A stretch of DNA of 64,000 nt from Thermodesulfobacteriota bacterium (lineage in GTDB: Bacteria > Desulfobacterota > Desulfobacteria > Desulfobacterales > SURF-7), in NCBI GenBank assembly GCA_049320885.1, contig JBMORA010000033.1, positions 23,626 to 87,625 on the forward strand, written 5' to 3'. Of this stretch, positions 20,324 to 27,726 are shown piece after piece. The notes under the pieces were generated by a model. That model was not told where the DNA came from. It worked only from the letters and a program-made list of their open reading frames with translations, and made no database searches. The stretch's first letter is position 1. Each line of letters starts with the position of its first letter. Both the position numbers and the translations under genes were made by a program.

Positions 20324-21792
20324 TTCCGTCGATCCAGGAAAATCCGCTTTACGCCATCGCCAATCCGGGCAGCATCGCCTTCTTCGGCGCGTCCAACAAT
20401 TTCAGCGCCATGGGAACCAATATCCTCCAATCCGTTCAGTCCCTGGGATATGCCGGCCGGATCTATCCGGTCCATCCCAAGGAAAAACGGGTCATGAACC
20501 TCCCGGCCCACGCGGATGTGGCCGATCTCCCGGAAACGCCGGACATGGCCTTCATCGTTCTGCCCACGGATATCGTCATTCCGACACTGGAGGCCTGCGG
20601 CCGTAAGGGCATCCGCCATGCCGTGATCGTTTCCGCCGGATTTAACGAGGTGGGCGGCAAAGGCGTCGACCTGCAGCAAGAACTGCTCCGGGTGGCCCGG
20701 CAATACGGCATCCGTTTTTCCGGACCGAACTGCATCGGCGTGGTGAACCCGCATCACCGCTTGAACGCCACTTTCCTGCCCTATGAAGCTCGGCCGGGGT
20801 TCATCGGCATCGCTTCCCAGAGCGGCAGCTTCGTCACCCAGATGTTCAACTACCTGGATCGCTTCGGGCTGGGCTTCAGCACCGGCTTCAGCCTGGGCAA
20901 TGAAGCCGATATCGATCTGGTGGACGCCATCGAATATCTGGGAGCCTGCCCGCACACCCGGGTCATCGCCATGTATGTGGAATCCATCCGCCGGGGCAGG
21001 GCCTTCATCGAAGCCGCGAGATCCATCATCCCCCGGAAGCCGGTGGTGGCCTTTTATGTGGGCGGCTCCGAAGCCGGCAAGCGCGCCTGTTTTTCCCATA
21101 CCGGCGCGCTGGCCGGATCGGACCGGCTGTATGACGGCATTTTCCGGCAAAGCGGGGTGATCCGGGCCCGCTCCATCGAGGAAATGTTCGATTTCTGTTA
21201 CGCCTTCGGCGCTTCGCCCCCGCCCCGGGGAAACCGGGTCATCATTCAAACCCATTCGGGCGGACCGGGGGCGGCCGCGGCCGACGCCGGGGGTCGGGCC
21301 GGGCTGGCGCTGCCGGCCTTGACAGATGAAACCGTCCGGAAACTGGCGCCGTATATGCCCCACACCGGCAGCAGCGCCAATCCCATCGATCTCACCTATA
21401 CCAAAAACCCCCTGGACTATTTCCACACCATTCCCGATATCCTGCTGGAGGATGCCGATGCGGATGCGCTGCTGGTGTATTTTCTGGCCTCCTCCGGCAT
21501 GGTCCGCCGCGCCCTGGAGGGCCTGGGAATCCCCCAGGAAGAATCCGCGGCCCATGCGGAAAAAATCATCGCCGATCAATGCAAGGCCATCGCTTCCCTC
21601 GTGGAAAAGCACCGGAAACCACTCATCGGCTATTCGTTCCTGACCCGGGAGAATCCTTTTATCCGGGGCCTCCAGGATCTCGGCGTGCCGGTCCTGGGCA
21701 GCCCGGAACGGGCCGCGCGGGCCGCCGGGGCCATGGCAACCTACGTGCAGCTGAAGCAGAAAATTCTGGAAAGCGAGAAATCTTCGAGCTGA
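20320..21792 (+). CDS. ADP-forming acyl-CoA synthetase, CoA-binding / CoA-ligase (alpha-like) subunit
   Basis: IAFFGASNN...YPVHPKE...GPNCIGV...SQSGSF...SHTGALAG (phospho-His loop) is typical of the NDP-forming acyl-CoA synthetase family. Confidence 0.8.
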   Translation: MIPSIQENPLYAIANPGSIAFFGASNNFSAMGTNILQSVQSLGYAGRIYPVHPKEKRVMNLPAHADVADLPETPDMAFIVLPTDIVIPTLEACGRKGIRHAVIVSAGFNEVGGKGVDLQQELLRVARQYGIRFSGPNCIGVVNPHHRLNATFLPYEARPGFIGIASQSGSFVTQMFNYLDRFGLGFSTGFSLGNEADIDLVDAIEYLGACPHTRVIAMYVESIRRGRAFIEAARSIIPRKPVVAFYVGGSEAGKRACFSHTGALAGSDRLYDGIFRQSGVIRARSIEEMFDFCYAFGASPPPRGNRVIIQTHSGGPGAAAADAGGRAGLALPALTDETVRKLAPYMPHTGSSANPIDLTYTKNPLDYFHTIPDILLEDADADALLVYFLASSGMVRRALEGLGIPQEESAAHAEKIIADQCKAIASLVEKHRKPLIGYSFLTRENPFIRGLQDLGVPVLGSPERAARAAGAMATYVQLKQKILESEKSSS

Positions 21793-21934
21793 AATCGAAA
21801 ACGGATAAGTGTAGCGAGTGGTTGAATAGATCAGTGATGACGTTTGACCAAGATCTTCATTTTTATGATCGGTTCACCCCTTCACCCCTCCCATTGTCGA
21901 ACCAGGAAATAGGCGCGTGCCGAGAATTCGGGGT

Positions 21935-21976
21935 TTGACTTATTAAATGACCATGGTATTATGACCTTGTCATAAT
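21935..21976 (+). promoter_or_regulatory. Sigma-70-like promoter with palindromic operator for the Phd/VapC operon
   Basis: TTGACT (21935-21940), 16-nt spacer, TATTAT (21957-21962). Perfect palindrome ATTATGAC-CTT-GTCATAAT (21958-21976) overlaps the -10 element. Confidence 0.5.
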
Positions 21977-22033
21977 GGTCAGTCCAAGGCCTGAAGGACC
22001 AGTTGCGGGGAAGCGTAAAGAGGAATCGGCAAC

Positions 22034-22267
22034 ATGGAAAAGCAGATATCGAAATCACAATTTAAACCTAGGGTTTTGCAACTTTTCAGGGAAATTGAAC
22101 GAACGGGCAGGGCGCTGATCATCACCGACCGGGGCAAACCGGTGCTGAAGATCGAACCCTATGCTGAAAAGCCGTCCGACATCTTGAAAATACTTAGAAA
22201 TACGGTTATCAAATATGAAGATCCAACCGCACCTGTTGGCCTGGATGACTGGGAATCGCTAACATGA
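22034..22267 (+). CDS. Type II antitoxin, Phd/YefM family
   Basis: 77 aa. SKSQFKPRVLQLFREIERTGRALIITDRGKPVLKIEPY is the Phd/YefM N-terminal pattern. 4-nt overlap with the toxin gene. Confidence 0.85.
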   Translation: MEKQISKSQFKPRVLQLFREIERTGRALIITDRGKPVLKIEPYAEKPSDILKILRNTVIKYEDPTAPVGLDDWESLT

Positions 22268-22659
22268 TCGTCCTCGATACGCATGCTTGGGTATGGTATG
22301 TCAGCAACCCCGAAAATTTTTCCCGAAAAGCAAAAAAAGCGATAGATGACGCGCTGGATCAGCAACAAATCTATATTTCCTCAATCAGCGCATGGGAAAT
22401 TGCGATGCTGGCTTCCAAAAAACGGTTGGAACTGGCTCTCACAGTAGAGGACTGGATTGCAAAATCAGAAAAATTACCTTTCTTTCATTTTATTCCGGTT
22501 GATAATGCCATTGCGGTTAAGTCGGTTGGTTTACCCCAGCCTTTCCATAATGATCCGGCAGACCGGATCATTATAGCGACCGCGTTATTATTGGGTGCGG
22601 CGGTCATCACCAAAGATGAAAAAATACGGAATTACCCGCATGTAAGAACCATCTGGTAG
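22264..22659 (+). CDS. vapC: Type II toxin VapC (PIN-domain ribonuclease)
   Basis: MIVLDTHAWVWY..., SAWEIA and DPADRIIIATA contain the PIN acidic residues. Confidence 0.9.
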   Translation: MIVLDTHAWVWYVSNPENFSRKAKKAIDDALDQQQIYISSISAWEIAMLASKKRLELALTVEDWIAKSEKLPFFHFIPVDNAIAVKSVGLPQPFHNDPADRIIIATALLLGAAVITKDEKIRNYPHVRTIW

Positions 22660-22796
22660 AATTACAACACGAAAAAAGTCCCGCTTACTTTCAACTAATC
22701 GTATGTTCAGAGGGAAACGGTTTAGCGGCGTTACACCACCCACTGCGTTCAAAAAGAAATGGACATAACCTGATTAACGGATATAATGGGAAGCAG

Positions 22797-22915
22797 GGGC
22801 ATGTGGTCGCATCTTAAAAATTAATTATTTTCTTTCCGATCCGATCGACCCGCACTATCTTAACGGCACCACATTATCAATACTTGATATTTTAGATGCG
22901 ACCCTTCTGTTTCCT
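22797..22915. repeat. Repeat A, left copy (about 119 bp; partner at 27440-27558)
   Basis: Hand alignment to 27440-27558 gives about 15 mismatches in 119 nt. It carries a short RHS-like remnant, a stop, and the first few codons of an orphan cassette on the minus strand. Confidence 0.75.
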
Positions 22916-22959
22916 CATTATCAATACTTGATATTTTAGATGCGACCCTTCTGTTTCCT
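22872..22959. repeat. Exact 44-bp tandem duplication (2 copies)
   Basis: CATTATCAATACTTGATATTTTAGATGCGACCCTTCTGTTTCCT occurs at 22872-22915 and again at 22916-22959. Confidence 0.9.
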
Positions 22960-23109
22960 TTCCGTTTTGTTGCCGTAGTGATCCGTGACAGTGAGAAGAT
23001 CCGATGCGGCATCATAGGCATAAAAGGTCGAAAAGACCGCTTCGCGCTCGTCGGCTTCATTGTATTCGTCAACTTCGATGATCCTGCCGAGATAGTCGCG
23101 TTTCTCCAC
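22936..23109 (-). pseudogene. RHS core fragment, about 57 codons (duplicate of the N-terminus of the 23791-26052 ORF), truncated by junction with repeat A
   Basis: The minus strand reads (V)EKRDYLGRIIEVDEYNEADE...DLLTVTDHYGNKTE, then the out-of-context residues RKQKGRI and a stop at 22938-22936. Confidence 0.7.
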
Positions 23110-23271
23110 TTTCCGGTTATTGTCCGGGTCGGTGATGTTTGGAAAATCACATCTTCCGCTCTTAAAACGCTTTTTTCAGCCCCAAAAACATCATTCTAAG
23201 ACCTCAAAATGGTCTGTTTTTTATCCTAACCAATTGATAGTAATAGGTTCTACTTGGTCCGACAAGAAATC
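22959..23271. repeat. Repeat B, copy 1 (313 bp; partner at 25902-26214)
   Basis: I count 8 mismatches in 313 nt against 25902-26214, with no indels. Confidence 0.9.
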
Positions 23272-23342
23272 CAGAAATCGTTTGCAAGCAGTTACCTATG
23301 TCCGGCAAGAAATCAAAATCATTCTCTATTGGCCTGTCTTCT

Positions 23343-23798
23343 TCACTTCATCTTAATTAATTTACCATTATTTTTATCTATACGCCATCTTGTTGTATTG
23401 CTATCTCTATTGGTGTGCTCTATAAACTCAAGAACATTATCCTTGCTATAAAAGTATTTAAAAATATCTGTTATCTTATCTTCGACTTGTCCGTTATTTA
23501 AATTCCACTTTTGATGTTTTTCATAATAATCGATAGTACCATCTTTATTGTAGTAAACAGTTAAATAAGCGTCTTTATAATCCGCTATTTCTTCTGAAGT
23601 CATCTCATAACTAGGATCAGGTTCAATTGGTATTGTCATAAGATTAGCTCTTTTATAGTAATATGGGCCACCGATGCGATCGCTATGTGCATTGCATGAA
23701 AAATTTATCAATAAAACTAAAAATATAAAAAAAAAGATACAAATATTAAATTTTAGCATTGAAAATTTTCCTCTCTTATAATGTAGCTTCTTATTCAT
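23343..23798 (-). CDS. Putative immunity protein 1, predicted secreted/lipoprotein
   Basis: AT-rich ORF directly after the RHS toxin tip. The ATG at 23798 overlaps the RHS stop (ATGAATAA); an alternative ATG at 23759 has a GAGAGGA Shine-Dalgarno. N-terminus ...MLKFNICIFFFIFLVLLINFSCNAHS is a signal peptide with a Cys after the hydrophobic core. Confidence 0.6.
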   Translation of the reverse strand: MNKKLHYKRGKFSMLKFNICIFFFIFLVLLINFSCNAHSDRIGGPYYYKRANLMTIPIEPDPSYEMTSEEIADYKDAYLTVYYNKDGTIDYYEKHQKWNLNNGQVEDKITDIFKYFYSKDNVLEFIEHTNRDSNTTRWRIDKNNGKLIKMK

Positions 23799-26052
23799 TT
23801 TTCCGAGAACGTTCCTGGGCTTTTTCATTAAGATGATTGACCATATCGGATTGAAATGTTTGGCATTCTTGAGCAAATGAATCAACTCCAATTCTATAGC
23901 TTCCCTCAAATGAGTGCGCATAGTTCTCCATCTCTTGTTTAGCTTCTTCACAAGTCATCTCAGAATTTCTTATTTCTAAATTATACACTCTATCCGCTGG
24001 CTTCCCCTCATATGGATCATGATCTTCTTCTCCGCCAGGAAAAACACCGACACCGTTTACAATTCCTCTAACGCCAGTCAGCGCTTCATAGTTACTGACC
24101 CGCTTCTCAGGGTACAATCCCCAACTTTTTACATCAGGAGTTCTAGGATTAGCTTCGGACCAATAATGACCCCACTTGGTTCTCTCTGGATCTTTTTTAA
24201 ACAGATCAGGATCAATTTGCTTAAATTCAATATCTGTGCAAACCACAATCGATTCTGAAACCGATTGACTGCTATTCCCCTCACTATTATCGTTTCCTGA
24301 TTCACTCGATCCATTTGAGTTGGAGCCACCAAAAAGTCCTGCCACACCTCGACAGAAATTTCCTATAGCTCCGGATATTCCTTCGCCGTCGTCCCAAGAA
24401 TGGCCAGTCGGATCAATATATTTTAGCGGATTGTTTCTTGCATAAGCATATCGGTTCAAACCTTGCGGATCATAGTAATTAGGCCAAATATTATCCGCAC
24501 TAACAAACACCCCCAATATCGGATCATACAACCGCGCCCTATAGTTGTAGAGCCCGATCTCGGCATCCTGCTCCTGGTCCGTGAACTTATAGTTCGATAC
24601 GGTCTGATGATTGCCGGAGCGGTTCTGGCCGAAGGGCATGTATTGGGTGGTTTCGCTGCCGGTAGCGGGATTGCCGCTTGCGTCGGTGACGATGGTGGAG
24701 CTGCCGAGGTGGTCCTTGTGATAATAATGGATTTCTTCCCCTTCTCCGGTATTCGTTATCTTCGCGATCCGCTGGTTGTTGGCGAATATATATCTTACCG
24801 GCACGCCGTTGACAATCTCGTATTCCCTGGTGACGTAGAGGGTCGTACCGGCGGTTGTCTCTTTCCTGACCCTGCTGTTGTCCGCATCATACAAGAGGTG
24901 GGTTGTACGGGTCTCGCCGTTTTTGGTGTAATCGATCTTCTCCGCCATGTTGTCGATGCTGAAGGTGATCTCGCGCACGGCCGGAGCGGTGATGTCGCTC
25001 AAATCCCAGCCCCTGGTCATGTTGCCTTTGCGGTCGTATTCGAATTGATAGGACGCGCCGTTCCGCTTGATGGTTTTCACCGCATGGGGGTGGGTAGAAT
25101 CATAACCGTATTCCATGACGAAATCGGCCGGGTATTTCGGATCGCGTTCCGGGGCCTCCTGCTTCAAGCGATGCAGGCTGTCGTAATTGTAATACGCTTC
25201 AAGCTGATTGGGATTATCCCGGATAAACCGGACGTCTCCCGCCGGAGAATATTGGTATTCCAATTCCTGCAAAATGCCGGCTTCAGAAACAGTATATGTC
25301 TGGGCCGACGTCATGCGCAGGGAATACGGATCGTACCCGTAATTCGTATAGACGACCCCACCGCCGTATTTTATGGAACCGACACTGCCGGACGGATTGT
25401 ACCCCTCGAACTCGGCATAACCAACATTCCTGACCAGCCCGGTTTTAGGGTAATAGTCGTAGGTCACCGTCCCGAGCTCATCAGGCCACAGGATGCTCCG
25501 CAATTTTCCGGCGACATCGTATTGGTATTTAATCAGATAGCTTTGCTCGCCGATCGCCTTGCCGGTTTTGACGACCCGGCCCATGCTGTCATATTCATAG
25601 GCCGCCATAACCGTTGCGGGGGTCCGGTGATCCTCCGAGTAATGCAGCCGGCCGACGCCGTTTTCCGGGGATGTGTCGTAATGAAATTCCACATACCCTT
25701 TATCGACGCCGCCGGATAGATAGGCACGCCGGGTGATCCGGCCCAGGGCGTCCGGCGTGAACGCAACGGATTCCACCACCGCATCGCCTTCGCCCAGCAG
25801 ATACTGGCCGGTCAGCACGCCGTTGCGGTTATATTCATACCGCCGGTTGCCCATGTCCGGATCGCTCATCCGGGTCTTGCGGCCCAGCGTATCGTAAATC
25901 ATTTCCGTTTTGTTGCCGTAGTGATCCGTGACAGTGAGAAGATCCGATGCGGCATCATAGGCATAAAAGGTCGAAAAAACCGCTTCGCGCTCGTCGGCTT
26001 CATTGTATTCGTCAACTTCGATGATCCTGCCGAGATAGTCGCGTTTCTCCAC
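23791..26052 (-). CDS. RHS/YD-repeat protein, N-terminally truncated, with RHS-associated core end and a 203-aa unassigned C-terminal toxin domain
   Basis: Many YD repeats (YDxxGR/GN..., YEYD, YxYD). Core end is ...YRARLYDPILGVFVSADNIWPNYYDPQGLNRYAYARNNPLKYIDPTGH. Only GTG (26052) is available as a start, and the in-frame stop lies 37 codons upstream (26164-26166). No N-terminal delivery domain. Confidence 0.9.
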   Translation of the reverse strand: MEKRDYLGRIIEVDEYNEADEREAVFSTFYAYDAASDLLTVTDHYGNKTEMIYDTLGRKTRMSDPDMGNRRYEYNRNGVLTGQYLLGEGDAVVESVAFTPDALGRITRRAYLSGGVDKGYVEFHYDTSPENGVGRLHYSEDHRTPATVMAAYEYDSMGRVVKTGKAIGEQSYLIKYQYDVAGKLRSILWPDELGTVTYDYYPKTGLVRNVGYAEFEGYNPSGSVGSIKYGGGVVYTNYGYDPYSLRMTSAQTYTVSEAGILQELEYQYSPAGDVRFIRDNPNQLEAYYNYDSLHRLKQEAPERDPKYPADFVMEYGYDSTHPHAVKTIKRNGASYQFEYDRKGNMTRGWDLSDITAPAVREITFSIDNMAEKIDYTKNGETRTTHLLYDADNSRVRKETTAGTTLYVTREYEIVNGVPVRYIFANNQRIAKITNTGEGEEIHYYHKDHLGSSTIVTDASGNPATGSETTQYMPFGQNRSGNHQTVSNYKFTDQEQDAEIGLYNYRARLYDPILGVFVSADNIWPNYYDPQGLNRYAYARNNPLKYIDPTGHSWDDGEGISGAIGNFCRGVAGLFGGSNSNGSSESGNDNSEGNSSQSVSESIVVCTDIEFKQIDPDLFKKDPERTKWGHYWSEANPRTPDVKSWGLYPEKRVSNYEALTGVRGIVNGVGVFPGGEEDHDPYEGKPADRVYNLEIRNSEMTCEEAKQEMENYAHSFEGSYRIGVDSFAQECQTFQSDMVNHLNEKAQERSRKNE

Positions 26053-26214
26053 TTTCCGGTTATTGTCCGGGTCGGTGATGTTTGGAAAATCACATCTTCC
26101 GTTCTTAAAACGCTTTTTCCAGCCCCCAAAACATCGTTCTAAGACCCCAAAGTGGCCTGTTTTTTATCCTAACCAATTGATAGTAATAGGTTCTACTTGG
26201 TCCGACAAGAAATC
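25902..26214. repeat. Repeat B, copy 2 (313 bp)
   Basis: Partner of 22959-23271. It covers the first roughly 50 codons of the 753-aa RHS ORF plus about 160 nt upstream of its GTG. Confidence 0.9.
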
Positions 26215-26261
26215 GGAGCGCAGTACCGCACGCGGCGGGCTCGGCACAAGGCATTCGTCGG

Positions 26262-26582
26262 TTAAAAGGGAGACTCTTCTGCATCACGATTCCACCCCCA
26301 ATCTTTTAGCATTTCAATAAAACTTTGCCTATCGTAGGGTTCTTGGCCATACGAATTATCGATAATCGATACTCCATATCCCATGTTAATAATTTCATTT
26401 GTAAATAATTTAACAGAGTCAAATTTATTAACGATAAGCATGCCATTAGGTGGCCCGAAATCCTTTACTAATAATTCTGCGAATATTTGGTCACCGGATG
26501 GCAGCTTCAATCTATAAGGTGTGACTATTATAAAGCCTATATCTTCTGCAGCCAATTGCCACCTTTTAATTATATCACTCAT
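26262..26582 (-). CDS. Putative immunity protein 2 (cytoplasmic, acidic)
   Basis: 106-aa AT-rich ORF 18 nt downstream of RHS tip 2, preceded by GAGGA. No signal peptide. Confidence 0.6.
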   Translation of the reverse strand: MSDIIKRWQLAAEDIGFIIVTPYRLKLPSGDQIFAELLVKDFGPPNGMLIVNKFDSVKLFTNEIINMGYGVSIIDNSYGQEPYDRQSFIEMLKDWGWNRDAEESPF

Positions 26583-26600
26583 AATATTACGTCCTCACGA

Positions 26601-27461
26601 TTATCTGATAGGAATATGTCTTACAGGGCCAACATGTCCGTGCCAAATATTGATATTCCTATCAGGATGTATTTCAGGGCCTCTTACCGTATTTTCTGGA
26701 AAAGGATCTTCAAGTTGTTTATTCAACTCTTTATAAGTACTCATATCATCAGCAGAAATGCCGCCTTTCTTTTTATCTTGCTTAGCCATTTCTACTAATG
26801 CCTGTTTTTCATCACTATGTTTTCCACATTCAGTGTCAGTCGAGCCTTGATTTTGTTTGACTTGAGGCAAACTTTCAAGAAGATTATAAAGATCCAATGT
26901 GGCCGCGCCTGTCATGAGTCCTGCAGCGAGAATATCACCGAAAGGTAATGGGCCATCCATAATAGCCATATACCCCGCAATAGGAGCTGCTGCTTGCAGA
27001 TAAAATTCACCCGTTGGATCAATCAGGTTCACCGGATTATTCAGGACATATCCATACAGATCAGTATCCCCACCGTCAAAAAGGATCGGATCTTTAGCGG
27101 TCCATCGACCTGTCTCCGGGTCATAGTCGCGGTAGCCGAATCGCACCAGCCCGGTGTCCCGGTCATGCAGGCCGCCGGCAAATCCGAACGGAATTGTGAA
27201 GGCGGGGTTCGTGTCCGCGAGTATATACCCGAAGGCGTCGTAGTCAACTGTTTTGATGAGATTGCCTAACGCATCCGTCACCGCGCGTAAGGACCCCACT
27301 TGATCGTAGAGGAGATAGTAGCGCTGGCCGGAGCGGGTCAGGGAGACGGGCAGGCGGCTGTCCGCGTATTCCAGGCGCAGGATCAGGTTGTCGGCGCCAT
27401 CATAAACCGCCAGAAGTTGTGTCAACCCCTGCCAGGGCGGGGGCATGGGGTCACATCTCAA
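26601..27461 (-). CDS. Orphan RHS C-terminal cassette: RHS-associated core end plus a 134-aa unassigned toxin domain
   Basis: ...YDAFGYILADTNPAFTIPFGFAGGLHDRDTGLVRFGYRDYDPETGRWTAKDPILFDGGDTDLYGYVLNNPVNLIDPTGE, then a divergent AT-rich tail. The only possible starts are TTG 27461 or ATG 27446, and an in-frame TAA lies two codons upstream. Confidence 0.85.
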   Translation of the reverse strand: MRCDPMPPPWQGLTQLLAVYDGADNLILRLEYADSRLPVSLTRSGQRYYLLYDQVGSLRAVTDALGNLIKTVDYDAFGYILADTNPAFTIPFGFAGGLHDRDTGLVRFGYRDYDPETGRWTAKDPILFDGGDTDLYGYVLNNPVNLIDPTGEFYLQAAAPIAGYMAIMDGPLPFGDILAAGLMTGAATLDLYNLLESLPQVKQNQGSTDTECGKHSDEKQALVEMAKQDKKKGGISADDMSTYKELNKQLEDPFPENTVRGPEIHPDRNINIWHGHVGPVRHIPIR

Positions 27462-27558
27462 AATTTAAGTATTTTCTTTCCGATCTGATCGACTCGCGCT
27501 ATCTTAGCGGCACCACCATATCAATCCTTAATATTGTAGATGCGACCGTTCTGTTTCC
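27440..27558. repeat. Repeat A, right copy
   Basis: Partner of 22797-22915. On the minus strand it ends in the first codons of the 26601-27461 ORF. Confidence 0.75.
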
Positions 27559-27726
27559 CCCGCCGCCGTATTTTATGAGCATTTTCAGGTCCGCGGAACT
27601 TCAAGGATTGAATCCTGTCGAGAAAACCATCGAAGACGCCAGGACTTTGCGCCAAGGTAAAAATGATGATAGGGTCGGATTCGAATTGGCAGCCTAATTT
27701 TCAAAGAGCCAAACTGTTACGAAAAG

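Larger units (their letters stand above)
21800..27700. other. Low-GC accessory island (TA module plus orphan RHS toxin/immunity cassettes), no mobility genes seen
   Basis: Visible drop in GC relative to both flanks, strongest at 23.3-24.4 kb and 26.26-27.0 kb. Gene content is listed in the entries below. Confidence 0.6.

Noticed and set aside
22872-22959. Possible CRISPR-like repeat (a 44-bp unit occurring twice).
   Set aside because: The two copies are directly adjacent with no spacer, there are only two units, and no cas genes are present. It is a tandem duplication at a recombination junction.
27677-27686. GGATTCGAAT string resembling a tRNA T-loop at the right edge of the island (possible tRNA or att remnant).
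   Set aside because: The flanking bases do not form a T-stem or acceptor stem, and no matching direct repeat was found at the left island edge.
21800-27700. Looked for an integrase, transposase, PAAR, VgrG, T6SS or CdiB-type partner in or next to the RHS island.
   Set aside because: No ORF in any frame shows such similarity. The small ORFs at 22860-23451 and 26063-26320 are frame artefacts of the repeats.
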